From NCBI RefSeq assembly GCF_024521635.1, contig NW_026250403.1:2976001-3040000 (forward strand): a stretch of DNA of 64,000 nucleotides. Reading direction: 5' to 3'. Below, one piece after another: positions 46,993-59,528 of the stretch. Source of the DNA: Tricharina praecox (lineage: Eukaryota). Numbering within the stretch: the first letter of the stretch is position 1; each line of letters opens with the position of its first letter. Under the pieces are notes generated by a model, which did not search any database, was not told the DNA's origin, and saw only the letters and a program-made list of their open reading frames with translations. The position numbers and the translations under genes were made by a program.

Positions 46993-49900
46993 GGTATAAA
47001 ACTACACGTATCTATCATATGCCCTACGAGAAGCTCGAATTTCCGAATTTCCTCTCCGTATCCTTCGGAAGTTACATATGCACAGACTATCACCAACGCG
47101 GCCAGCAGCGCCGAGCCGAGACACGCACTACCGATGTAGCGACCTCCGAAGTGACATGCCCGTGGGTCAGTCAAGATTATGATACAAAAAAATGAAACAA
47201 AATAAAAGAAAGACACCAGGTCCGACGACGAAGACATGTCTGGTGTCGGAGCTACCGATCGGTCGGTGTCGCGATTCCCGAGTGACGGCGGGGCTGAGCG
47301 GAGCGGGCATAGATTTAGCCGGAGCGGGGGCGGGCATGGGTTCAGTGGCTAGGGCTGTTGGTGGGGGTCAACGAGTCGATTCGTATGTACTCGCATCGTG
47401 TTCGTGATTTAGAGATTGGCATAGTTAATACTTGTTATCTATGCCACCATGCTATGTACCTATGTGGGATACGGCGTATCCGAGACGAGACATGTCGTCC
47501 GAAGGCTGAAGGCTGAAGCAAAGACTCCATGCGGAGCGCAGCGAGAAAGCAAAACAGTACAGCAAACACTCTTACTTCTCCAAGGATCCGGGGATCGATG
47601 AAAATGAAGATGAAGTCGAAAGCCGCGGCTGACGACCACATGGCGATAGTTACCCAGGTGGCAGGTATGCATCCATCATGCGCCCACTCAGTTCTCCAGG
47701 CCGAGACTCGGGAGACCCCCACGACACCGAACGGGTTCCCAACCCAGCTTGTATGCAGGGCCGGGGCGCCGCCGGTCAAATTTGTCCGCACCCGGGACAG
47801 ACTACGAAGAGTACATATCACTATGAACCAGCCAGCCAGCGAGCGGGCAAGCGGGCCCATTCGCGTGAGCGTCCACCCGGCAGATGCAGAATACCATACC
47901 CCACCGCCCTATACCTACCAAGCTAGCCACTACTACTACCACACCGCAGAAAAGAAAGCAAAGTAATCACCACCACCGCCCTGCCAAGAAGTAATTAGAG
48001 TAATAACCACCGATAGGTAATTATGCCTCAGCCTCGGCCGCTGCAGCCGGACCTCGCACCTCGCACTGCAGAATAGGTATGTAGATTTCCATAGTAGATT
48101 GCCGTGTCTACTCTCGGAGCAACGCTCTGGGCACCGGCGGCTCTCGGCGACGGCCTCGACGTGGAGGATGCGGATTTACTATCCTGCCTATCATAGTAGT
48201 ATCATAGTAGTACATCTAAACTCGAACCTCCATAAAAGACGTGGTCCAGTTTCTGGGTCAGTACCGGAAAATATGCACCAGGAAAACAACGAATGTCCGT
48301 GCGCACTGCGCTGTTGGAAGCCGCCATATCTAGTAGAGCGCCGATGCACGGACAGATCGGATCTTGTACGGAAATATGTTGAGTAACCGAGAGATTTGGA
48401 CATCCCCCCACTCCCCCTTTGGCTCCTTAGGAGGGCGAACGTAGTTTACTACCTATTCTATGGTATAGAAAGTAGATAGTATGTACAGTATGTACCTATT
48501 GCAATTTGCACCACGACTAACCGGTGGCGTACCTACCTATATGTACCGGTATAGGTAGTAGAGGAGAGTAGTTAACGACCAGTTATCCAGACCGAACCAG
48601 CACAGTCCACTGTCTTTGGGAGTGCAGAATCAGATGGGAAACCTTCAGACTCCCTTGGGGCTTCTCCATCTGCATCCGCAACTGTACTGTACTCTGCACA
48701 TGTAGGTATGTAATCGGCGTGGGTTCTCTAAATACTAGTAGCTTACGACAGTAGTGTATGTATCATATGTACGCACGGAAAAAGTCCCTAGAAAGATAAA
48801 CTGGGGAAGGGAGAGAGGAGGTACATAGGGCACGACCCAAGGCCGTGTTGCCGGACCCCGATCTCGCTCGCTCGGTAGTTACTTCATCCACCATCTACCT
48901 TGTACTCGAGTACACGCGACTCAACTCATCGGGAATCGGCGGTGTTTCTTTAGGTAGGTATATGTGCTGGCAACCCCCCACGTCCCACGTCTTGAAGAAC
49001 TGTGGATCGAAATGAAATGATCTTTCACGATCGAAACCGGGGAATCGGTGAATCGGGGGCGTGGGGGGAGGAGGGCTGTATTCTAGGGTAGTATGTACTC
49101 ACTCAGAATCGTGTGTCGGATACATCATCCGGTCGAGCGTGAGACAAATCTCCGTCTGTCTCTGCGTCTGTGTATATGCTCAGATACCTAGGTGACTACT
49201 TGCTTATGTATGCTGACAATTTTCTTACTATTTATCATACTAGTACTGACGATGGTTCTCGGAGAGAGCTATGTATCGGCCAATGGGAGAGTTTCTGGGT
49301 AGATACACTGGTACAGGGCTGCATACTAGTAAATATCAAAAAGTAATCCGACCCCGGAGCCTGAAACTCCGTAATCAGCCTCGCCCCCAACGAAGACATC
49401 TCCTGTCTATGTACACGGACTCACGTCTTGGGATCGGAGGAGACTCGACAGGAATTCCTGCTGCGAAACCCTCACCGCTCTGGCGCAAAGACTCGGGCAC
49501 CGATTATTTCTACATCCCCTAACATCTTCAAAGTGACGACCCCCCACGCTCAGATAGATATCTATATGTACCAGGTACGTATCGATCTTGCTTAGACGTA
49601 ACTACATACGGTACTACATACTGGTAAATTATGCGCAGCGCAACGCGACGCGGATCGTACGCCAGTAACTATCGACGGCGTCAGATCGCACACTGCACTT
49701 CACTTCACTTATTCGTTAAACCTCCGCCCTCCTCCTATGATATGTCACTATGGACTAATCAGTAGTGAGAAGGAGGAGTGGATTATGCCGATGAAATGTT
49801 TCTTTCCTTTCTTTCTTTCTTTCTTCTTCTTCTCTTTTCCTTTTCCTTTTTCTGGTTTGTTTGTTTATTTGTTTTTTCGCACGCCCTATTACGGAGACCC

Positions 49901-52434
49901 CCAAGGAACAGCCTGGCTAGGCTCGGATTGTCCGGGCGTCAGTCACGGACAATTCGAGCTCAGCCAGGCTCAAAGCTCGAAGAAGTTGTTAATATTGATG
50001 TTGATGTTGGTTGTGGGAAGCCTGAACCTGCGTCTGAGTCGTCGGAGTCTCTGGCTTTCCGCTTTCTGCCGGGGCGCTGGCGCTCAATCACAGGCACCCA
50101 ATCACTGCGAGACGGCAACGTTCCGAGATTCGTGAATCGTGCTCCGGCCAATGGGAGATCTTGCACCGCCACCGACGCACTACACCGCTGCACCGCTGCA
50201 CCCGCCAGTAGTTACATACTGGGTTACATACATACTGGGAGGACGATCGCCAGAAACTCAACTCAGCTTGGTGTCAGCTGTCACTTCGGACCCGGACGTC
50301 GACTTGGACTCTACTAGGTAGTAAACTAGTAGAGTACGGTGATGGGGCGGTGCCCTCGCCCGTGAGGTGAACCCTTGACGACGACGACGTGGAAGGCGCT
50401 GTAACTTATCAGTTATCGATCAGGAGAGATCCACTGCGTAGGTATGGTGCAACATGGGTGTTGAGTTGGAGCTTTCCGAACAGCGGCGTTTGTTGTTGGA
50501 ACTTGGAACTTCGTGGTGGCACTGGTGGGCTCGGTGCTGTTGGATGTTCCAGACGCACAGAAAGACGAGACGAACTGCGGATGCGGCTGGCCAATAGGTG
50601 GGGAGAGTCAAATGTTGGCCAAGCGATAGAGGGGAGGAGGAAGAGGAGGAGAAAAGAAACATAGCGAGTTACCGTTGGTTTCGAGTAGGAGGAGGAGGAA
50701 AATGAAGAGGAGGAGGAAAGAAACACAGCAAGCCATAGGTAGTACGCCGGTTGGTTTCGGTTTCCCAGAAGCAACTCTACACCCAGTATGCAATATCGGA
50801 TGGAACGACCGAGAGAAGAAAGCCAGAAGAAAGCCAGAAGGATCTAGAGTATCTAGAGTACCGTATCTACCGGTAATTAAGATGATAACTATCCGCATCC
50901 GTCCCACCGGTACGCAGGCGGCAGAGGCTCAGAGCACCTGGTCCTGTTGGTTTAACCGTTCCGGCGATACTATGTATACCTGGATGGACCATGTAGTTGT
51001 ATGTACTACTCCACTCCCTTCCACTCCCCTCCGCCCCCCTCCATGTATGTGTGTATGTGCGCACAACACACGTGCGCGGCAGAGCCCGAACCTATCCACG
51101 AATGACGCTTCCGTCATATCATAGTACCGTCGTACGATTTGACCGCATCGACACTTCCCGGGCTCGGGCTCGGGAGGGAGGGAAGGTGGGAAGACCTGCT
51201 TAAACTGGAGTGTGACCTGGGTATGTGTGTAGAGAAGACAAGACAAGGAAAGGGAAACGCCGCATCTTGCTTGCCGCTTGCTAGGATCATCCAGCTCCTA
51301 CCCAGCTCTCCGGAGTCCGCGGTGCGATTGATGTGGAACTGTGGCCGGGATCACTTCATTTCGACGGGCCAGCCAATCCGATCGCCTGGGAGGGGATTAG
51401 TTAGTAGTATCCGAGAAGCTGGGACGTTGGAAGTCACATGAGAAATGGGGGTGTGGGTGGAGGGGTGGATGGTTGTTGTTGTATGTTGTTGTTGTATGTA
51501 GAGTCTCCATAGTACTCCGCACTGCGCAGAGAGGGGTTCACGCACTCTGGCCCTGGGTCTCTGGCGGCTAGCATATGTACCGTGGATTATGGATGCGAGC
51601 GACTCGACTCGGCGGAGAACGTTGGAACATGGAACTTGCGGGAGGGTGTACTTGCTGGTTTCGAATATCTCGATCGATATTCTGTTTTTTTCTTCTTTCC
51701 TTTCCTCCGCTTCGGCGTCAGTGCTCCGTGCTCTGCGGCCGAACTTTGGAACGTTGGAACTTGGAAGGCTTTTTGTTTCGTTTTGTCATCCGCATGCAGG
51801 AGATATGTATACTACGGTGCTCTATTCCATGTGCCCCAGGCTCCAGACTCCAGATGGAATCGCATCGCATGATACCTAGTCTGGACTCTGGACTGCTGGA
51901 CTTCTGGACTCTGGATTCTGGAACGACGAGATAACGGGCACTCGTGCTCCATACAAACCAGGTATTTATGTACTGCCTAGGTAAGTCGACTTTGCGTCCG
52001 TCTTGTACATACCGGACGGGGTCGCTCTGGATTCTGGAAGCCCCGAAGCCTCTACTGAGTATTCTAGAGCAGACTCGGCACAGTAGGAGGTAGGTATCCG
52101 TCTGTAGCTATCCGATCTGTTTCCATATCAGAGCACAGAGAGGAGAGAATCGTACACAGCAACTACCAATACCCAGCACATACGGCCTCAATGCCTCACC
52201 TCACGGCCCAGGCATCCCCCCGTCCCCGTTGACCAGATCTGACTTTCTTTTCGGAAGCAACATACCTAGCCAAGTACCAGTACTTAGATGGGCATGCGCA
52301 TCCCCGCCGCTCCAGGCCACATATCAGATTTTGCTACAATTCCCATGTTCGAAACCCCGACACCTGTTTTTTTCTTTCCTTTTGCGATTGCAGGGTTTTG
52401 CCGATCGCAACAAGAAACCCAACCCAGGGATGGC

Positions 52435-52478
52435 TTTGGTTTGGTTTGGTTTGGTTTGGTCTGGTTTGGTCTGGTTTG
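52435..52478. repeat. (TTGGT)n pentanucleotide microsatellite
   Basis: tttggtttggtttggtttggtttggtctggtttggtctggtttg. Confidence 0.9.
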
Positions 52479-54328
52479 CTAGGAAGGTACCGTAGGTATG
52501 TACCGCTACCATAAAAAAGGTCGGGAGGGCCGTTGCAGGGGAAGGATGGAACCTTGGAGGAAGATGAGGAAGGAAGAGGGGGAGTGAGAGCGCGAAAATG
52601 GAGGGGGACGGAGGGAGGGAATTTGCAAAGGAAGGGAAGATTGGAGGACGGGAGGACTGAGGACTGAGAGAGGAACGGAGGAAAGGAGATTCTGTTTTGT
52701 TTCGGTTTCTTCGTTTTTTCTTCTTTCTTTTCGGATTGCGGCCTTCGCTCTGCCCCACGCCGTCGACGGTCATCGACGACGTCCTCCTCGCGTCCGCCTG
52801 CGTACAAGCCCGTTCGCTAACTAACTTCCGCCGCCATCGCCATCACCACCAACAACAACCAACCTTTGGGCTTGTCTCTCAGTCTCTGGGCTTTTTTCAT
52901 GTACTTTCTTGACGGCCCAATAATCAACGCGAATCCGTGCGTCGCATATGTATGCGAATTGCGATGTGGCTGCTTCTGTCTGTAGAGTACTCTAGCTGGC
53001 GCTGCACGCCCAATGCACACTGATCGCACATGCAGCGGCACCGGTTGACACGGGTAGGCGTGAAGATGAAGAAGGACAAGACGACGACTGCATACCCCCC
53101 CTCCCCCGCTCATGGGTGCGCTCCTCTGCACCCAATTGCAGGTGTCCATCGTGCAGCGGATATGGCTGGCTTCTGCAGAGATCTTCTTGTTAGTTGGTGT
53201 TTACTCACGACAGTACATAATTGTTGTCTGACAGAATCGGATCCACCGCCTGTGGGGTTTCGTCATCGGAACGGGAGAGTCTGCACTGTGCAGTCTGGGC
53301 GAGGCTGATTCCTCCACAGTCGCATAGACATGCAGTTGGAGTGTGTATCATGGTATGTATGGTAGGCCAAGGACATCCCACTACAACACCTCAACATCAC
53401 AGCACCGCCACCACCTCCACCACCACCACCATTGGCCACCGCCAACGGAGAACCAATAACCATCCACTCCCCGGAGCAGACAAGGCTGCAACTACTCTGG
53501 AATCAGCACACAGACGCACCCACAGCGGAGAGAAAGCTGCTCAGGAAAGCGTTTGCAAGCCGGAGCTGGCGGACCGCTGCATTCGGAGATATGTACCAGA
53601 CATCTTGCCTTCACACACACCCCGTGTCCGTCTTATTCGTTGCGTGCAGCCGGCCAGCATGTAGTTATGTAGCCAAGTATTTCCTATACCTAGTATACTT
53701 ATACCTACTCGCTGTGTCGAGAGATTGAGGCGCAGCCGGTCCGGAGCCTTGTCGGATCTCACTTCTCACTTCTCACTCAACTCCACACCACCACCACCAC
53801 CACCCACTGCCGCCGCCGCCATAGGAGATGCTGGATTCGATGTGTGGTATAAACCGCCCAGGAAACCCCCTGCTGTCCGCTGGCACCGACCCTCCGAAAG
53901 CGGACGGATGTAAGACACTCGCCGTGTCTCTGTGTGTGCAGGTTGGACCGTGATGAAGATGACGGTATGTGTATGGCTGCGGGGGTGTGTGTGTATGTGT
54001 GTATGTGTGTGAGTTTGTGAGAGAGTGTGTGTATGTATTCAGTGCTGCAGGGCAGAGTCCAGACAGACAGAGTCGCTCCGCCGCGGCACCAGAGCGGAGG
54101 GATATGCCAGTCAGTCCAGCCCGCAAGGAACGACGGCGACGACGACAATAACGCCGTCTCTCGCCTAAGGCAGGCTCGGGGATTGACATTAGGGATGTTT
54201 CAGCAAGGTATGCTGTCAGAGGGTCTCCGCTACGGCGTAGCTGCTGCGCGGTGCGGGTTAGAAGGAACGGATGGGGATGGGGGAGAACAAGAGGGGGTGG
54301 TGGTGGAAGCAAAGAAGCTTATGGCTGA

Positions 54329-54335
54329 CTATAAA
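54329..54335 (+). promoter_or_regulatory. Probable TATA box for the 55440 gene, whose 5' UTR appears spliced
   Basis: cTATAAAg followed by a CA-rich leader; donor GTACGT at 54628; branch/acceptor candidates GCTAAT..CAG (~54795) and GCTGAC..AAG (55187). Confidence 0.45.
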
Positions 54336-55252
54336 GAGGGTCTGCCCAGCGACTCGGAATCTCCCCCCTCTACTACTAGAACTCTATACAGCACCTCAAT
54401 CGTCAGCAGCAAACAGCAAGCAGCAAGCAGCAGAGCAGTTTCTTGGTGAAGCGGCCCCGACAAAGTTTGAACGAGGTCCAGTCCAAGTTTCGCCCCCAAT
54501 CCAAATCGACTCGTTCGTCACATCGACCATTTTGACGGCAGTCGTCTATCCTCAAACCTCAACCCCAACCCGCAACCCCTGCGCATCGAACAGAATTCCG
54601 CAGACACACACACAAAAAAATCAAAGGGTACGTGTGACAGCTCCTCAGAGCAGCCACCATGCACGGAAGAGAACCGAGGGCTCGAACAGCATTTCTTTTC
54701 ACCGCTAAAGAGAAAGAAAACGCACACCGCCCTTCCCCTCCTGGTCGAGAAACCAATTTGTATAGGACGGTAGCTAATCGATCACGTAACCCGCAGCACC
54801 GTCGCTAAGGCAAACAAAAAAAGGAAAAAAAGAAAAGGAAAGAAAAAAGAAAAACACAAACGAGCCACGTTTTTGGCGTCGAGTGTTGGTTCCTGCTTAG
54901 GGATTAGCCGCAAAGGTAGATCTCACCGACTCTGTGTGTCAACCATCAAGATGAGGACCTAAGAACCTGTCCAAGACGGGGCTGTCGCCCGCCAGCGCCC
55001 TGGAGGGGCTTTAATTGTCGCTTGGGAACGGGGACAGGCCCCGATGACGTCCTGCATTTCCGTTCACCTTTGAGGCTCTCTAAGGCGGACGGAGATTGGA
55101 AGTCCTGCAAATTTGCAAATTTGCAAACATTCACAGACTTGTGTAAATAATACATACCGAACCTGGGCTGACGGATGTTTATTTAAGACGCAACGACCAG
55201 TTCCGATTACTGCTGTTTGAATTCCGGCGCCACTCTATTCGCTACCACTGTC

Positions 55253-55344
55253 AGCATAACTATCACCAGCCATCAACCCCTCGGAGTCTCTCGATCCTAG
55301 CATATTATCACCAGCTATCAACCCCGAATCTCGAGCCGATCCTA
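55253..55344 (+). repeat. 46-bp tandem repeat (2 copies) in the presumed 5' UTR
   Basis: agcataactatcaccagccatcaacccc...gatcct followed by agcatattatcaccagctatcaacccc...gatcct. Confidence 0.8.
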
Positions 55345-55439
55345 CATACTAGCATACCTACCTACAGCACAAGCACTCGCATCCCCCCACCCCCGCCCCC
55401 CACTCCGGCAAATCCCATATCCGAAAAACAAAGCTCAGG

Positions 55440-55835
55440 ATGGTCCGAGTCCGCCGGTGGATGTGTTGCAAATGCGGCAACTCATGGATGGTCGTAAAAG
55501 ACTCCGACGACGCAAACATCTGCTCGTACAGCGAGTGCCAGCACGAGCGATGCACGGGTTGCACCACCGTCATGATGAACGTGCCCATGGATCCCGCCGG
55601 CATCACCCCCATATGCAGGCCCATACCGGACCAGATTCACCTTCCCCAACATCATCATCAAAATGAAGACGACGAGGAGGACGTGGAGGAACGGCCGTCA
55701 ATACACCTCCCCACCACCCGGCCCAGAGTCTCGCACATGCCGCACGCCGATGACGGTGCCGAAGCAACGATACCCCACGGGCCGAGTCCGACCAGCCGGG
55801 TCTGCGGAGATCACGATCTGCAGGCACGGGGCTAA
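55440..55835 (+). CDS. Small Cys/His-rich zinc-ribbon protein (131 aa; W-x-C-C-x-C-x15-C-x4-C-x-H-x-R-C-x2-C)
   Basis: MVRVRRWMCCKCGNSWMVVKDSDDANICSYSECQHERCTGC followed by a Pro/His/acidic tail. GC3-rich codons and an abrupt T-rich region after the stop. Confidence 0.78.
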   Translation: MVRVRRWMCCKCGNSWMVVKDSDDANICSYSECQHERCTGCTTVMMNVPMDPAGITPICRPIPDQIHLPQHHHQNEDDEEDVEERPSIHLPTTRPRVSHMPHADDGAEATIPHGPSPTSRVCGDHDLQARG

Positions 55836-57508
55836 AGAAGAAGATGTATAGATACATTGTCCTGAAGGTCTCTGTGTTTTTTTTCCTATGGTTATGTGCA
55901 GGGGGTTTCTTGGGAGTTTCTTTTTTTATTTATCGAAACGGATCTGGCGCATATCAAACAGGTTATATCGTTTTGTTTTATTTTTTGTTTGTTTCGGGGA
56001 CAGCAGAGATATGTGTATTATTTCGGGGAAAGGAAGGAGAGATATGTATTTTATCGTAGCTTCCTCAGCTACGGACGGCACTGCATTGGATGGGCATTGG
56101 GCGGGAGGGTGGACAAATACCATACTACCTTTTTATCTACATATCACTCATATCACTCATATCATTCCCGGTCCCACAAAATTTAAACTACATATCTCGG
56201 CAATGCTTTCCTTTTCATAATTCGAATCGCCTTCCGTCACCCGTGTCCAAAATCCGGATATCGATCGATCGATCGACAGGCACAGGCACGGTTTTGTAGA
56301 GTACCTAAGCATCACATTCGTCAATCATTCCAGAATCCAAAGCAGGTTCCATTCTTTCCCCTCCCGTCCACGAAGTCCACGCTATGGCCACGTTCCTCGA
56401 CTTCTTTGTGCACAATGTACATTAGAACGTCTATATACGTCTATCCTGATTCCTAAGTTCTATGCAAGTTCTAAGTAATGTCGCTACCTGTAACGAGGAA
56501 TTGCACATTGCCCACTGCAAGTCTGCAACGGCCACTGGTCCCCGTTATAGCTTATGCAGGTCACCTCCCGGTCGCCCCATGGTCCATGTTCGAAATTAAA
56601 CCTTCTTCTGGTCAGTCGGCTAGGTGCTGCAGGTTCAGGCCCAGGTGCAGGTGCAGATGCTGATGCTGCGGCGGCCAGGGACGTGCATACCGAGGTGCAT
56701 ACCGAGGATGCGGGGTCGCGGCGGGCACGGATCGTCACTCGGTACAGAAGTGTCCTTGGAGAGGGGGGGGTTTCGTTCCAAGATGGGAATGGAGGCGCGA
56801 TCTACTAGCAGATACCAACGTCCCTGTCGGATGCCACGAGGCAAGAAAGGAAGGAAGGAAGGAAGGAAGGAAGGAAGAAATAAAGAAAGGAACACAGCCA
56901 GGTAGGCTGTTGATGTGCGCATGCGGACCAACTTCTCGTATGTACATAGACTATTGTAACGCAAGGCTTGGAGAACAGCGAACTTAGCCATGGGCCGTGT
57001 GTTGCGCACACACACTCGCAAGGCTTTGAGTGTTTGCGGTTCCTATCACCCGTACCAGCCGCACTGCGGATGACCTGCGGTACTAGTGGATCACAGCCTC
57101 GTGGTTGATACTACGGAGCCTACGGGCCTACGGCTGCGCAAAACTTCGTCGACACCGTGGGGCAATATATAAGCTGTAATCCGCCGTGCATGGCGCCGAG
57201 GGTAGGAACGTGGTGGAACGGTGAACCGATGTTCGGAGAGCGAGCTGTGCATGCATGCCCCAACGGATCTCTAGGGTTACATACTGTCTCGGGGGTATAG
57301 ATGAGCTGAGAATTAAGTTATCGTGTCGTTCTGTCTCGAGTCCCACAGGCTCGGAAGCACAATTCAATTCATCGACAAAAGATTTTCGACATGAGCGGGG
57401 AATCGTAATTAAATTTTACATACAAGTACTATATAGCGTATAAATCCATCCTCGTACACCATCGTCATGCGTTCTTACATAGCGTGCATACATGCCTTCA
57501 TCAAGCGT

Positions 57509-59528
57509 TTACATAGCTTTCACCGCCGAGCTTCTCTCCGCCAGCTGGCGCTCCAATCTCGACACCACCACGAGCGTCCGCTCCTTATCCTTCTTCCCCG
57601 AGTCATCCCCCCAGATCTCGTCCATGTCCTCGAGCGAGCGGCCACAGGTCTCGGGCACGACGAACCAAGTCCACACGCCAGAGAGCAGCGAAAACACCGC
57701 AAAGAAAACGAACGCACCATAAGCAGAGTGCTGGACTAGTGGCGGGGTGATGAGACCGATGATGCTATTACATTTACGTCAGTGGCGGCGGGGGGCAGTG
57801 GAATAGGGCGAGGACGAACAAGTTATTAAACCAGTTTGAGCAGGTGGCTAGTGCAACGCCCTTTGCGCGCAGGGTGGAGTTGAAGAGCTCTGCTGGCATC
57901 GCCCAAGCGACGGGGCCCCAACTGAGGCCGAAGGCGACCATGTACACGAAAATGAAGGAGATCCCGGCCCAGGCGGCGCCCTTGTTCTGTTCCCATTCTC
58001 CTTGGTACGTGCCGATTACGGCTGCGACGATCACGTGGCAGATGAACATTGCTGCTGAACCCCAGAGGAGGAGAGGTCGACGTCCGACGCGGTCCATCAG
58101 GAAGATGGCTGGAGTCACTCCGACAAGCTCTGCGAAATGTTAGTCGTCGAGTGCTGCAAAAGAAGTAGATATGACGCACGCAGTATGTTCATGACACCGG
58201 ACATGTTGAGTTGCATCTCGTAGTCGAGCCCGAGAGATTCAAACAGTGAGGGGCCATAGTCTGTCCAATCATTAGAAGTTGCCATCAAGACACACGCAGA
58301 AAAACATACAGATCATCGCGTTGATTCCGACGAGCTGTTGGAAAAGCATCAATCCCATTCCTAATAATCATTAGCCATCGACAGGTTTCGTCCTGCCACA
58401 CACACACGTGAAACTCACCAACTAACGTGCGCTTATAGCTATTCTTGCGGAATGTGTCCGCCCAGCTAACGAGCTCAAGTTTCAAACCGGCGATGGTACT
58501 AGTGTCGGCCACAAGGTTGGGGTGGCGCTCGGCCTGAACCTCCTTCTGCACTGCCGCCTCCGCGCGGACCTCTATCCACTCGGCTATAACACGCTCATCC
58601 GTCTCGGGCAGCTGCCGCAGTCTCACCAGAGTCTTGAGTGCCTCTTCGTCGCGGCCTTGCGCAGCGAGCCAACGGGGCGAGAACGGCAATATCTTCATAA
58701 AGGCGCAGAGAACAATAGCTGGGAAAAGCTGGAGAAGGAACGGGAGTCGCCATGACCAATCGCTGACGATAAACCGGGTACCGTAGGTGATGTAGAACGC
58801 GACGATGATTCCAAAGACGATGCTCCATTCCTCCAAAACCAGCAACGAACCACGCACGTTTGGAGGCGATATTTCCGAGATGTAGAGGGGCGCCACCATG
58901 GACAAGGTACCGATTCCAATTCCGCCTGAGGGGCAATTGCACGTCAGTAAGCAAGGTCGGATGCTGCACTACATGAGCCACTTACCAACGGTACGGCCGA
59001 TGACAAGCATGGCGTATGTCACGGAACCTGTCTGGATCGCACTGCCAATCAGGAACCAGATGAACCCCACGAACATCGCATATTTCCTCGAAAGTCTATC
59101 GGCTAGAAACCCTGCCTGTGCTGCGCCCAACAGTGCGCCGAGCTGCAACATGGCGGTCATCAACCCTTTCCAGAAGCCTGCCGAAGAATTCCGGTTCGCA
59201 TCGATCCTCGGAAACATGTCGTTGAAGTGATCCATCGTCAACGTGATCGATATCACGCCCTGGTCGTAGCCTATAGAAGCATCAGCCGGAAGCGCACCCC
59301 AAATGCCTGCTGACGGGAGAATGTACCGAACAGGAAGCCACCCATCGCGGCAAAGACCGCGCATCTTACGACGAATCCCGATTGAAGCAGACCCTTCAAT
59401 CCTGCCGGGCCGTACGACCTGGCAAGCGCCTCCGGATCCTTCGCAAGTTCCGTTGTTCGTGCTACTTCGTAATGGGTAATAGGTAGCTCCGACGGTGTGC
59501 CGCACCCAGGTTCGATTTTTTCTTCCAT
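57509..59528 (-). CDS. MFS sugar porter family transporter (multi-exon)
   Basis: AMGGFLFG|YDQGVIS, GFLADRLSRK, APLYISEISPPNVRGSL, WRLPFLLQ, LPFSPRWL, FQQLVGINA, MDRVGRRPLL, GPVAWAMPAE and VPETCGRSLE. Confidence 0.93.

Noticed and set aside
53170-53220. Minus-strand ATGTACTGTC|GTGAGT...CTAAC...CAG resembling a third Cys microprotein gene
   Set aside because: The intron would be only ~36 nt and the spliced product lacks the zinc motif.
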